Below are positions 49,646-63,405 of a stretch of 64,000 nt of DNA, piece after piece. Source of the DNA: Octopus sinensis (lineage: Eukaryota); NCBI RefSeq assembly GCF_006345805.1, contig NC_042997.1, positions 153,388,001-153,452,000 of the forward strand, written 5' to 3'. Made by a program: the position numbers and the translations under genes. Numbering within the stretch: the stretch's first letter is position 1; each line of letters opens with the position of its first letter. Under the pieces are notes generated by a model. That model ran no database searches and had not been told where the DNA came from. It was given only the letters and a program-made list of their open reading frames with translations.

Positions 49646-52600
49646 CTATCACCAACCATCTATGCAAATCACAAGGACCACTCACCCATTACCAACTTCC
49701 CTTACCTCGACATTCCTGTTAAATGTACGTGGCATCAACCCATCAATTATTGCCCAAAAATGGAAGATCCCATATATAGAGAGTTGGCTTGCCGAAATGG
49801 CACATTGCTTCCCTTTCTTTATCCTTACCGAGACTCACCTGAACAACACCCATATGGACGCAGAGGTGAAAATAAAAGATTTCACCATTGTTCGTGCGGA
49901 TCGCACAAACCGAAATAAGGGAGGGACAGCCATCTTTATCCATGACTCCTTTTCACTTGATGCCAAGGACATATTTTCCAATGGCTACTGTGAATCGGTA
50001 TCACTATACAACAAAGCCAAGGACATAACCATTGTTGGTCTTTACAGGCCTCCCCAGGCACCTCTAAAGTACTTTGAAGAGTGCCTTAGCAAAGTCAAGT
50101 CCTTCCTTCGGAAGTACCACTCCGGAAACATACTAGTGATGGGTGATTTTAACCTCCCTCATGTGAACTGGCCCACAAATACTCTGAAGTTAGGCAAGTG
50201 CTCTACATCAGATAGAACAGCAGCAGAACTGCTCTTTAATCTGATGGATGAGTATTTCCTGACTCAGCTAGTGCTTGAACCAACGAGACAGAATAAAACG
50301 ATCTTGGATCTGGTATTGACCAATCACTCTAGCTACGTTCACAGTATTTCAGTCGAAAAAACTCTCCTCTCAGACCACGACATGGTACTCTGCAATCTTA
50401 ATTCCCGACATATAAAAACCAAACCAGCCAATCCCACTCCATGGCACCCATTTGACAACATAAACTTTCACAAAGCGGACTGGGGAACAATCAGAAAGGA
50501 TCTGTCTTCCATCGACTGGTCTTTTACTCTCAATTCCTCTCATATTGAGACTGCGTGGCAGCACTTTGAAACCATTGTCACCTATACATGCTCTAAACAC
50601 GCTCCCAAGAAATCTACTAACACAAACAGAAACCGGCTCCCTAAAAAGAAAAAAACACTCATCAGGCGCATCAAAAGACTCAACAAAAAAATCAACCAAT
50701 TAAAATATTCCCACACACAACATCCACATTCAACAACAATGAAAAGACTAGAGCTGGAAAAACTTCATCTGCAGACCAACATGAAAACCTCCATTGAAAA
50801 TCAAAGAGCTGTGGAGGAACAATGGGTAATCAAAAACATCAAACAGAACCCAAAAGTGTTCTATTCTTATGCAAATAAGCATAGAACCACTGTCTCACCC
50901 ATTGGGCCATTGATTGATGATAACGGCATTCCCCAACACGATGCTAAAGAAATGGCAGAAATACTGCAGAAACAATACTGCTCTGTCTTTAGTGTTCCCA
51001 CTGATATTGACGTAAGGGAAACGAACGAAGTTGACTCCCAACACAAAATCTCAGACATAACCTTCACTGCCACTGACATCGTAGCAGCAATAAATGAGGT
51101 CAAACATTACTCTGTTGTAGGCCCTGATAGATTTCCCGCTAGTCTCCTGAAGGAATGTAGATACCAACTTGCAGTCCCTCTGACCAACCTCTGGAGAAAT
51201 TCGTTAGACGCAGGTTATATACCGAAACAGTTTCTATCCCAGTCGGTCATCCCGGTTTTCAAACAGGGAAACAGATCCCTCGCAGTCAACTATCGCCCAA
51301 TCTCACTCACCTCCCACATCATTAAAGTGTTTGAAAGAGTGTTAAGATCAAGGATAGCTGACTTCCTGGAGACCCACAAACTCCTAAATGCAAATCAGCA
51401 TGGCTTTCGCTGTGGCAGGGACTGTCTAACACAGCTCTTACACCACATTGAAGATGTACTCAAAGCCTTGGGAACAGGTTCGAACTCTGACGTCATATAT
51501 CTTGACTTCAGTAAAGCGTTCGACAGGGTAGACCATAATATCCTACTCTCAAAATTGGCAAATGTTGGAATCCGTGGAAAAGTTCTACACTGGATTAAGT
51601 ATTTCCTGGCGAATAGAACACAACATGTTGTAGTTGATGGAGTCCACTCAAACCCAGCAAAAGTCACCAGCGGTGTTCCCCAGGGAACTGTTTTGGGTCC
51701 GCTACTCTTCATAATTTACATAAACGACCTTTCCAGTGTCGTACATTACTGCAAAGTGAAAATATTTGCTGATGACACGAAGCTCCAGCAAATCGTCAAT
51801 GAAGAAGCAGACCGAACTCAACTCCAGTCTGATCTATATGCTGTGAGTCAATGGGCAGACAGAAACAAAATGCAACTGAATGAGGGAAAACTTGAGCTGA
51901 TGCATTTTGGAATAAATTACTCACTAAAACAACCATACTCTCTTCCTTCAGGGAAACCGCTCACAGCCTCTAACAATATCAGAGACCTGGGTGTAATTGT
52001 TGATGACGATCTCAGTTGGAGTGCACACATCAACAAGAATGTCGATATAGCTCTGGGGATGAGTTCCTGGATCTTAAGAACTTTCCGGTCCAGAGAACAA
52101 GGTGTCATCATACCACTTTTTTCCTCCTTTGTACGGCCACACCTTGAATACTGCTGCCCACTGTGGTCTCCTCACACAAGACAAAACATCTCCAGAATTG
52201 AGTCACCCCAGAGGGCACTCACTAAACGAATTGAAGGCATGGCTGCTCTCGATTATTGGGATCGCCTTAAAGCCTTGAAACTTTACTCCCTCCAGCGTCG
52301 CCGTGAGCGGTACATCATTTGTACGAAATATACCGCCAACTTTGCCCAAACGACCTGAACATTAGCTTCAAGGTTCATCCAAGATTTGGACCACGGGCTA
52401 TACGTCCCCTGCCCAATTCAAGATCACAACATACATGTACACTGCAACATAATTTCTTTTCCTCAACAGGCCCTGCCCTATTAACATTGTCCCGAGGGAG
52501 ATCAAAGAGGAAAAGGATCCCATCAACTTTAAACAGAGTCTGGATAGATTCCTTCAAAGAATACCAGATAAGCCACCCATAATTGGATACAACTCACCCA

Positions 52601-52771
52601 ACAAGAACTCACTACTTGAACAAAACTGGATACAACTCACCCAACAAGAACTCACTACTTGAACAAAACTTGACTTAAACAGGATTCGAATAATCCTATC
52701 AGGTGGTGCTATTAAGTTAGACATGGCCTGGACCAATCCTTGGTCGAAACATATCTAAGTTTATCTAAGTT

Positions 52772-52773
<2 letters not shown>
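49640..52773 (+). mobile_element. Young CR1-type LINE (ORF2 and 3' UTR)
   Basis: EN+RT ORF, 43-bp tandem duplication at 52584-52669, short (TTTATCTAAG) tail running into (TA)n. Confidence 0.93.
49662..52358 (+). CDS. APE endonuclease + reverse transcriptase (LINE ORF2), 898 aa, frameshifted near the C-terminus
   Basis: LLNVRG, LTETHL, GLYRPP, MGDFN, TILDLVLTN, SDHDMV; NYRPISLTS, QHGFR, LDFSKAFDRV, GVPQGTVLGPLLF, FADDTK; conserved C-terminus continues in other frames to about 52625. Confidence 0.93.
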   Translation: MQITRTTHPLPTSLTSTFLLNVRGINPSIIAQKWKIPYIESWLAEMAHCFPFFILTETHLNNTHMDAEVKIKDFTIVRADRTNRNKGGTAIFIHDSFSLDAKDIFSNGYCESVSLYNKAKDITIVGLYRPPQAPLKYFEECLSKVKSFLRKYHSGNILVMGDFNLPHVNWPTNTLKLGKCSTSDRTAAELLFNLMDEYFLTQLVLEPTRQNKTILDLVLTNHSSYVHSISVEKTLLSDHDMVLCNLNSRHIKTKPANPTPWHPFDNINFHKADWGTIRKDLSSIDWSFTLNSSHIETAWQHFETIVTYTCSKHAPKKSTNTNRNRLPKKKKTLIRRIKRLNKKINQLKYSHTQHPHSTTMKRLELEKLHLQTNMKTSIENQRAVEEQWVIKNIKQNPKVFYSYANKHRTTVSPIGPLIDDNGIPQHDAKEMAEILQKQYCSVFSVPTDIDVRETNEVDSQHKISDITFTATDIVAAINEVKHYSVVGPDRFPASLLKECRYQLAVPLTNLWRNSLDAGYIPKQFLSQSVIPVFKQGNRSLAVNYRPISLTSHIIKVFERVLRSRIADFLETHKLLNANQHGFRCGRDCLTQLLHHIEDVLKALGTGSNSDVIYLDFSKAFDRVDHNILLSKLANVGIRGKVLHWIKYFLANRTQHVVVDGVHSNPAKVTSGVPQGTVLGPLLFIIYINDLSSVVHYCKVKIFADDTKLQQIVNEEADRTQLQSDLYAVSQWADRNKMQLNEGKLELMHFGINYSLKQPYSLPSGKPLTASNNIRDLGVIVDDDLSWSAHINKNVDIALGMSSWILRTFRSREQGVIIPLFSSFVRPHLEYCCPLWSPHTRQNISRIESPQRALTKRIEGMAALDYWDRLKALKLYSLQRRRERYIICTKYTANFAQTT

Positions 52774-52774
<1 letters not shown>

Positions 52775-52836
<62 letters not shown>

Positions 52837-53128
52837 ATATATATTAGGCCTGACACCGTATATTAACCGGTGTTGTTCATACGATGAATAGCCTTCGCGT
52901 AAACCACTGATTCGTTTTGTTCTCTTACTTTATTATCATCTTATAATCATCACATAATAATGACCTTTATGACTCGTATTACTACCTCAGTCAATCTAAA
53001 TGTATATATTTGTCACTAACTGTCATAAACAGCCTTTTTCTATTTGCAATATGCATTTTCGTTGATTTTTCATATTTTACCCTTACATTTCCACGTGCAT
53101 GTTATATATTCTTTTCGTAACATATTTC

Positions 53129-53170
<42 letters not shown>

Positions 53171-53260
53171 GCATGCATACATACATACATACATACATAC
53201 ATGCATACAATGACTGAAACAAATAAAGGTATTTATGTGTACATATATACATACCTGTAT

Positions 53261-53319
<59 letters not shown>

Positions 53320-54478
53320 CATAAAGAGATAAGTGCTATGCAGAAATGCGTTCAGAGGCCAAATAGAAAAAAGGCATGAACGCCCTATACTGCCTTCCCA
53401 AAAAATATATGATCATTGTACTTAGTAAATATATTTGGATACGAAGGCTACCATTCCATTAAGAAAACTGACTGCTAATACTCTTGAGAAATATATGTAC
53501 TTACTCAGTACTCCATGGTACTAAATTATAAATCCTGTTCTTGTATAAACTTATTTCAAATTACTTAAAGAAAATAGAGTAGCACCCTTGACACTTTTAT
53601 AGCTTCTAAGAGTGGTGGGACAGGAAGAGAAAATTATCCTCAGACCAAAGACCCGGTCCGTGTGTCTACAATTGAGTAGACTTTGCTAAAGGCCCCAATG
53701 AGATATATGGTTGTTTAAAACCGGACGACTGGATTGCATATAGTTATTGTCCACCAGATTTCACACACAGGATTTTAGTTTTCCTGAGTCTATTGTAAAA
53801 GACACTTTGTTAAAATGTTAAAAATTAGGATTGGTCACGAAGTTATGAAGCGAAATTCTTAAGCATACAGCCATAATTACGCCCTTTAGAAACAACGTAC
53901 TATCCTAGAATCATTATCATTATTTTTAGAAATGAAATGTCCATGTTGATCCTGACTTTCTAAACCAGATATTAGTAACTGACATATATCATAATAAGAT
54001 CACAGCTCTGAGTAACAATTATTCCTTGAATAATAATTGGCAATTTACTTCTTCCCGAGGTTATAATCGATATAGCTTCTTCCTGTGCATTATAAGAATT
54101 CTCATAAAAACAGATTATTTGGATATTACACTGGCTGCTGCCACAGTGCATCGGGTTAAGAGCTAGGCAACAATATTTAGATTATATAAAGATTAAAGAA
54201 TCAGTTTTCTTGACTTTGCCTTTTACCATTCCTTACAAATATCCAGAATGTCATTATCACTTAAGAAAGTATTGATTCTTTTACATACAACCTGGCACTT
54301 TGCACGGAATTGCGGTTGGTGCAGACGTCACTACAACATTTTAAGGTACTTATTTTATTGACTCGTTGAAGAACGAAATATAAATTGTGCTTCAGATGAA
54401 TTTCAGGTCAAAAACGTACTTCAAAATGATAAAATTTGCATGGGAAATACAGAGCGCTATAAAGTGTAATGAGTGATT

Positions 54479-54543
<65 letters not shown>

Positions 54544-54835
54544 ATATATATTAGGCCTGACACCGTATATTAACCGGTGTTGTTCATACGATGAATAGCC
54601 TTCGCGTAAACCACTGATTCGTTTTGTTCTCTTACTTTATTATCATCTTATAATCATCACATAATAATGACCTTTATGACTCGTATTACTACCTCAGTCA
54701 ATCTAAATGTATATATTTGTCACTAACTGTCATAAACAGCCTTTTTCTATTTGCAATATGCATTTTCGTTGATTTTTCATATTTTACCCTTACATTTCCA
54801 CGTGCATGTTATATATTCTTTTCGTAACATATTTC

Positions 54836-54873
<38 letters not shown>

Positions 54874-56189
54874 GCATGCATACATACATACATACATACA
54901 TACATACATGCATACAATGACTGAAACAAATAAAGGTATTTATGTGTACATATATACATACCTGTATTCGTGTGTGTGTGTGTGTTGTGTGTGTGTGTGG
55001 TGTGTGTGTGTGTTGTGTGTGTGTGTGTGTGTGAACATAAGAGATAAGTGCTATGCAGAAATGCGTTCAGAGGCCAATAGAAAAAAGGCATGAACGCCCT
55101 ATACTGCCTTCCCAAAAAATATATGATCATTGTACTTAGTAAATATATTTGGATACGAAGGCTACCATTCCATTAAGAAAACTGACTGCTAATACTCTTG
55201 AGAAATATATGTACTTACTCAGTACTCCATGGTACTAAATTATAAATCCTGTTCTTGTATAAACTTATTTCAAATTACTTAAAGAAAATAGAGTAGCACC
55301 CTTGACACTTTTATAGCTTCTAAGAGTGGTGGGACAGGAAGAGAAAATTATCCTCAGACCAAAGACCCGGTCCGTGTGTCTACAATTGAGTAGACTTTGC
55401 TAAAGGCCCCAATGAGATATATGGTTGTTTAAAACCGGACGACTGGATTGCATATAGTTATTGTCCACCAGATTTCACACACAGGATTTTAGTTTTCCTG
55501 AGTCTATTGTAAAAGACACTTTGTTAAAATGTTAAAAATTAGGATTGGTCACGAAGTTATGAAGCGAAATTCTTAAGCATACAGCCATAATTACGCCCTT
55601 TAGAAACAACGTACTATCCTAGAATCATTATCATTATTTTTAGAAATGAAATGTCCATGTTGATCCTGACTTTCTAAACCAGATATTAGTAACTGACATA
55701 TATCATAATAAGATCACAGCTCTGAGTAACAATTATTCCTTGAATAATAATTGGCAATTTACTTCTTCCCGAGGTTATAATCGATATAGCTTCTTCCTGT
55801 GCATTATAAGAATTCTCATAAAAACAGATTATTTGGATATTACACTGGCTGCTGCCACAGTGCATCGGGTTAAGAGCTAGGCAACAATATTTAGATTATA
55901 TAAAGATTAAAGAATCAGTTTTCTTGACTTTGCCTTTTACCATTCCTTACAAATATCCAGAATGTCATTATCACTTAAGAAAGTATTGATTCTTTTACAT
56001 ACAACCTGGCACTTTGCACGGAATTGCGGTTGGTGCAGACGTCACTACAACATTTTAAGGTACTTATTTTATTGACTCGTTGAAGAACGAAATATAAATT
56101 GTGCTTCAGATGAATTTCAGGTCAAAAACGTACTTCAAAATGATAAAATTTGCATGGGAAATACAGAGCGCTATAAAGTGTAATGAGTG

Positions 56190-56225
<36 letters not shown>
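52775..56225. repeat. Tandem duplication, period about 1.7 kb, bounded by (TA)n
   Basis: TATTAGGCCTGACACCG...GTAATGAGTGATTTA occurs twice (ORFs 53070/54948 and 53099/54806); differences seen are mainly microsatellite length plus a 1-bp indel (aggccaaatag/aggccaatag). Confidence 0.95.
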
Positions 56226-56239
<14 letters not shown>

Positions 56240-56325
56240 ATGTATGTATGTATGTATGTATGTATGTATGTATGTATGTATGTACGTACGTATATGTACA
56301 TACATACACACACACACACGCACAT

Positions 56326-56357
<32 letters not shown>

Positions 56358-57699
56358 ATATATACGTATATTAATATAAATACATGACAGTACATGAAGT
56401 TTGTTAAAAAAAGGGGGGATCATGTATATACCTCCTGGCTGTTGAGATTATAAGACCTTGTTATAAACAACCTTCCTTGTTTTTCCTTGTGGAGCATATA
56501 CAAAAAGGTTTCTTTTGGTTCCTACTCTTGAGCAGCCAACATACAGGTGCCCATGCGAGAAGCAGGGCTCTTCCAACAGAAGACCAGCTACATATGTAGA
56601 TATGTGCCCTTTATTCACTCCGGCGAAATGACTGAGATATTGAACTAATAATTATTCATAAGTCAAACTTTTTGCTGTTTCCTTGTGTTTCTAATCAGAG
56701 CACAACTTAGTATGTTGCAGTTGCTCTGTCAGAAATATATGCCACATAGAATTCCCTCTCAACCCTTTGTCTTTGCTGAAGTCGTCAACCTCCAGATGTT
56801 CAGGTCAGTGAGGCGCTTCTATGAGAACATCCCCTTCCACCAGACCAAACATTTAAAAAAAACTATTCTTTTTCCGGAAAAATGTCAAAGACAGTTCAAG
56901 ACTGCTCTAGCCACAAAATAAAACAACCAAACAATCATCTCTAAAGGTTAGCGTATGAGATATACAATTATTTATTTCCAAACAGTATGGTACTTGACTG
57001 TTCTATAAGCCAGCGATGGAGCTTCAAAGCGGTCGTTTGACCGGCTAGAAGACGTATTTAAATTTCCTTCAAATCATATTCTGTCATCTTAAAACCATGG
57101 TACATCGGTTAATGTATACCTGAGAACATTCTAATTGAAAGATGAGACAGGATGATCATAGGAGGAATGCCGTTGATTATAGGTTTACTCAATCATCACT
57201 CACCTTGCTCTAAACAACAGCGTTCCCATCTCATCAGTACAATAATAGACGCAGTTTGTTAATTACCAAATATTCAAATCAGAAACTACCTGGTGATTGC
57301 GCCAAGTTTCCTAGTTTCGATCAATAAATTCGTGGGTGACTTGGACGATTCTGTCATTATGTCTTAATTGAAGCAAAACTAACAATTACGACGAGACTGA
57401 AATCAATAGGTATAGAGAACGCTTTTTCCAAGACAACGAATATTCTTGGTGATTTGTGTTTTGCATTTATTAAAATTTTCGTTTCTTGTCTTGTTCTTTA
57501 CGCTGTTTTATACCATTATTAATTTAATTGTAAAAATTGATTCAGCTTCCATCGATAGCCAAGTGAATGAGAAAGGATTTATCATCATCATTATCGTCAT
57601 CATTATCAACATTTTCGTTGTCCTGATCATCTGCATCATTATCGTCAATTATTCCCTATACACCATGCAATTAATTTCAGATAATCTTCGATGTGTGCA

Positions 57700-57917
57700 G
57701 TGTACATTATATATATACATACATTATATACATAATGTGCATATATATGTAATGTATGCATATATACAATGTATGTATATATATATATATAATGTATGTA
57801 TATATTTATATAATGTATATATATATATACATATATAAAATTTATGTTTATAATGGATATATATAATGTATATATATATATATATGTATATATAATTTAT
57901 ATATATATATATATATA

Positions 57918-57954
<37 letters not shown>

Positions 57955-58078
57955 GTATATATATAACGGATATATATGTATATATATAACGGATATATAT
58001 ATATATATATATATAATGTATATATATAACGGATATATATATATATATAATGTATATATATAACGGATATATATATCG
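57700..58078. repeat. Compound TA-derived minisatellite (TATATATAATG / TATATAACGGA units)
   Basis: Read directly. Confidence 0.9.
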
Positions 58079-59774
58079 CATACCGGTCCACCGGCTTGGG
58101 CTGCTATTTACAAATCGATAGAATACAAGGGTCACATCTAGAAATATTGGTTTGGTTGTTGACCCTTTGCTTATTGTCATCTTCGCGTGTACTACTGGTA
58201 GTTTTGAGCGCTGAGGTTACCGAAAATGACAAGTGTATTGGTTGATTGTACATAAACATGTACATTTTGGTGATCACTGAAGATCACAGATGCGGTGTTG
58301 AGGGCCAATTGAGAGCTTTCTCTCGTGAGAAACCAGGACTACACCAGAAAAATAAATTATATTCTGTTTGTAGGATGTGAAGGCCTATCGTGAAGTGTTA
58401 AACTATAACGTAACATTTAAAGCAGACAATCATTGTCGAGAATTGGAAGCATTGCACAACAATTTGCAGAAAAACAACTCTCTTCATTGGTCAATCATAA
58501 ATGAGTATTGTTCTCACATGACAATTAATGGCCCAAGTCACTTAGACAAATATTATGGTACTAAATATGGAAGATATTGTCTCAGGTTCTTCACTCTCCA
58601 GACCAAACACCGTCTTTTCAGATCAATGCACCATAATTTAGAGGGAAAACAGTTCATAAATTATAAATAGGTTAAGTGATATTGAGTGTTTCTTGGCTTC
58701 CAAAACTGAAAAATCTTACGCCCGGGAGATCAACAATTTGCCAAAAAGTGGCGTTGCGTTACCAGTAAGGGGGCGAAATATTATCTTGATTAAATGTATA
58801 AACAAAGACTAAAAAAAGTATTTGTTTTTTTCTCATCCTGAAATACGATAGGACTTTCTTTCAAATCAAACATGTGTGTTTTGATAGATGTGTGTGTATA
58901 TGCTTATTTAACTGATATTTATATGTAGCAATTTTTTTTAATGTTTTTATACAGTGTATAGTGTCATTTCCCCATACTTTTTTTTTTTTTTTATATATAT
59001 ATTTAAACAGTATTTGTATATCACCTCACGTAATCTAAACCCTTTTATATTTTCGGGCCGGAACCCATGGATAATTTCTAGAAATCGCTCGCTTGTCAGT
59101 GCTACCAAGCTAGCATTCTTGCAATAAATTCTACCGGCAAGGTGGTGCCGTCAGTTGCGCCTACCCAAGATGCGCGCAAAGCAACGAAACCGTCTCGTAC
59201 GCGTACGTATTTCGTTCGAGCATTGCTGACTTGTGAAACTATGCCGAACAGCTGCTATCAAGTGTAGAATGGATCCGTCTACCAGCCGACACCATCATGA
59301 AGATCATGCCGCCGCCTTCCTTTGATCGGGAAGGGCAAGTAGTTTTCATTTGTCTAGTAGACGATATTGAAAGGACTGTGGACAATACTTTCATGTTCAA
59401 ACAAAGCCTCGTCGATATTTTTTAATTCAAGTTGAAAACCAAGGTGAAGGTTAGGAAATATGTGTTCCTCCTCAGTAAATTTCTTGAAAGATGGGTGAAT
59501 GTGGTGAGGATATCTCGAGTGAATGGCTCTACTTTAAGCTGCGATCTGTAGACTGATGAGGATGGAAAGAGAGGAAACTTACCATGATACTCACGGTAAG
59601 TAGGGTGACATTTCTCTCAACTTGGAATTTTGTTACAATTTTCTTTTTTCCAAATTGTTATAGATTTGCTCTTTGGACGTTTCTTTGAAAATCCCTACTG
59701 TCCTTTGTCTTTGATTTGCTCTGTTTCTGCTACCCTTGTGGCTGATAAAGAAAGAATTATGATAATTATTATTA

Positions 59775-59815
<41 letters not shown>

Positions 59816-59817
<2 letters not shown>

Positions 59818-60078
59818 ATACTTTTATTTTTATAGCGTGCTTTCACTTCACTACCGAGCGTAGCTCTGTGTGCCTTGGGTATGTGCTGTGATTTGTTGTG
59901 ATTCTCTGATGATTGAAAATGTTTTGCGTAGGATGTGTGCAGTGCCCAGTAGTGCAATTTTCTGTATGTTATATGTGTTTGTAAGTCCTGGTGTTTTTGT
60001 TATGTATTTGTCTGAATATTTTTTTATCATATCCAATGCGCCTACTATGATAGGAATTGTTTCTGTTTTTAGATTCCA

Positions 60079-60079
<1 letters not shown>
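59816..60079 (-). mobile_element. Severely 5'-truncated Dong copy of the same subfamily as 35238-39200, in (TAA)n
   Basis: Near-identical to 35240-35505 (KKYSDKYITKTPGLTNTYNIQKIALLGTAHILRKT); (ATT)n on both sides. Confidence 0.93.
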
Positions 60080-60109
<30 letters not shown>

Positions 60110-60125
60110 CATCATCATTATTATT

Positions 60126-60560
60126 AAGGCAGCGAGCCGACAGAATGGTTCGCACACCGGGCAAAATGCTTAGCAGCATTTCTTCCGGCTGCATTTCTTT
60201 CAAAGTTCAGATTCCGCTGAGGTCAACTTTGCCTTTCAATCTTTCGAGTTCGATAAAATAAGAACCAGTTAAGCACTGAGATCGATGTAATTCACTACTC
60301 CTCCTCCCACTCAAAAATTGTACCTATAACAGAATGGATTATTAAGCCAGCGAACAAGCAAAAACGTTAGCACACCCAACAAAATACCTAGCGACATTTC
60401 TTCCAGGTCTTACGTTCCGAGTTCAGATACCAACGAAGTTGTCTCTGATTTTCATCCTTTAGAGGTCGATAAAATAAGTACCAGTTGAACAATAGGATCG
60501 ATGTAATCAACTACCTTCTACCTTTAGAATTTCAGGCCATATACACATGGTAGAAAGGAT
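60126..60560 (+). mobile_element. Two tandem diverged SINEs (family C)
   Basis: Twice AAGGC/AAGCCAGCGA...GAGTTCAGAT...TTTCA(A)TC(C)TTT..G(G/T)TCGATAAAATAAG(A/T)ACCAGTT...GATCGATGTAAT. Confidence 0.7.
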
Positions 60561-61514
60561 TACTACTCCTACTACTACCGCTACTACTACCATTTAGTCA
60601 GGTGGAATAAACGAACCAGCGATGCCGTTTCACCGCAGCCAAAGGAATAATAATTTTATTTCTTTTATTCGTCGACTTTGTTATTTGGCTGTCGTTGAGT
60701 ATCTTGAATAAACAATATAATGATTTTCCCTGGGGGGAAAGGGTCGTGTTTATGGTTTTTGGATGTCCCTCGAGACCACTGAAGTGAAGGCGACTAATGT
60801 TCTTGAGCACCTGAAAGTAACAAGTGAGATATTGTCTCTGTGGAGGTGTTTCTTGTTACTGAAACCGGGACTGCATTTTCTTTTTCTTAATTCATTCTTG
60901 AATATGTACAACTTGTTTCAGTGGGAATACCAAGTGTTTTTCGCAGCTATAACCATTCGGAATTAACGGTAACTAAAACGATAGAGGGTACTGATCTTTA
61001 GATTAAAACCACGTCAAATGAACGTCTTAATAGTCGCTTATTGATTGTTATTTCCTTATATTTATACAAGTCGAAATCAGACGTTTTTGTTGAACGTATT
61101 GAGTGGTTGTGGCGCCATGTATATACGTTATCTCAAGCACTCAAGTGGATGGAAGATAAATAGTTACACGTAATGCCATTTCTGGTTTCAACATCATTAA
61201 TTATGCTTCCGATCTATAATGCATTCACATAATATTTATTGCACATTATCAACATTTGGAAAGTGCTGCTTATGTACAAATGTTTGTTTTATCAATCATT
61301 AGAGGTTAGTCATAAAGCATACTAGTCATAAATGATCAATGATCAATATCTCTACATAATATTATCTATTCGTCTGTTTGTCTTAATGTTTAATATTTGC
61401 CTATCAATGTATCTATTTATCATTCTATATTTTTATAGATAGAGAAACAGACAAATGTATGTCTGTGTTCATACATAAGTGTGTATATAAATGTGTGTGT
61501 GTGTGTGTGTGTGT

Positions 61515-61760
61515 GTGTGGTTAAAAGTTCGCGTCACAACCACTTGATTTCTGATTCAGTCCTACTGCGTGGGACCAAGAGTAAATGTATTCTACTATAG
61601 CCCCGACGCCTACCGTTTCCTTCTGAATGGATATGGTAAATTGATAGGAACTGAGCGGAAACACAAACTCCATCTATCTACCATGTCACTGGTTTGTTTA
61701 CCTCATCGAAAATTAGTGGGTCTATAAAAACAAAATACCTGTAAAATAAGTACCTAATTC
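61515..61760 (+). mobile_element. Highly diverged SINE family A
   Basis: GTGTGGTTAAAAG...CAACCAC...TTCAGTCCTACTGCGTGG...TTCTACTATAGCCCC aligns by eye to the head of 3581. Confidence 0.6.
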
Positions 61761-63400
61761 AAAAATTGACACCAAAACATGTGTGTTTATGTATATATTT
61801 TCGCCTCTTTGAGTGTGTGTGTGTGTTTGTGTGTGTGTGTGCGTGTGTGCGTGTTTGTGAATAAATAAATATATACATAACAATCAAGTCTATTCTTCAG
61901 TGACTAAATACTAGTTGACCGACCGAACTGAACTTTTGATTCTAAAGGACCTCTCCTTTCTTATGAGCGATAAACCAGATTTCATGTTAGGCTCATTAAC
62001 CCCACGAAGATATTGGCAGAATCAGTAAAAACTTTTTGGTTGAGTAATTCCTAAGGTTAGTGAACATGTGCGCTTGAATTTGTGGAAGTGTACTTAGTGG
62101 GTTGGGGTGATATTTTGGTTCGAAAATGTTAATAAAAGTAGTGTTTCTTTTATACAGTTGGAAACAGAGAAATGCTCGTCACATAAATAAAAAATGACTA
62201 AACTATGGTACACATATTGCTTGCTAAGCTCAGTTTTTAAATTACAGGGTTGGAACTTAGGAACCTTGAATTAAAATTGACATATAAAAGATATCAGCAC
62301 TGCTGAATACATGAACACTGGACAACTCATTAACAGATAGACATTAACCGACTAGAATTCTCGCAAATTCTTTAACAGGAACGCCAAATTATTAAAAGTA
62401 CATTTTTGTCATAACAAAACCTTAAATATAAGTATTCGTAACCGTCTCGATATTGGCTTACATAGCGTTAAAATGAATGTGTGTGCTAGACTAAAGTTCA
62501 CATTAGCATTTTCCGAAAGTAAGATTAAGTGAAGATAAAGAAATATAAAAGTTGTTTCTAAAATTTACAATTTGTTGAAAAGATCGGCTTTAATATAATT
62601 AAATCGACAAAAGAACGATCCCGGTATAATAGGTTTTTTTTTTCCTTCGGACGTACTTCTCCCCCAGAACACTGAAGGTTCCACCACTTCTGATATAAAA
62701 TCACATCAATGTAAAAATAACAACTTTGTCTAAGATCATGATCTCCAAACGAAAATATCCTTATTATCTAAAATCACAGCAATCTATAAATAATAACTTG
62801 TATCGTGAAACTAATATAATAATTTATTGAAACAAGAGTGAAGAAAATTTCTTACATTGGACAGTTACAATCAAGTTAACTGCTGTCTAACAGTATGAAA
62901 AAATATATATATTGCCAACCATGGTTATATTATGAAATATAATTATTCATTTAAAAAAGCAGTGCTTGAACAAACATGTCTGATCGTGTGTAGCAGTAAG
63001 GTGTCAATGCAGTGTGTATTGGATTGGACAAGTTTCTTACTGGAACTGAATTTTAATATTTTGAAATAGTTTCGATGTGCAAACCACAATGTTCTCTCTG
63101 CAAAATGAAGTGAATAGGTCGGCTAGTTTTCCTGTTAGCAGCTTATTAGATGTGTTTATTTTAACCGATCTACTGAGGGCGATAGCTAACAGTTACCTAT
63201 ATAAAGTCTGTAACGTTCAGTCACTTATAACAATGGACAACAGGTTTAACTTTTGGTCATATTTGCATAGAATCGCGGATTAAGGAAAGTACTAACCACG
63301 GTGTTTCTAGATATCTACATAAATAAATCCATGTGCGTACGTTTGTTAAATATAAATATAGCCTCACTGTGCAAATTGAATTGCCATCCAAAGAAATCAA

Positions 63401-63405
63401 TCTCT

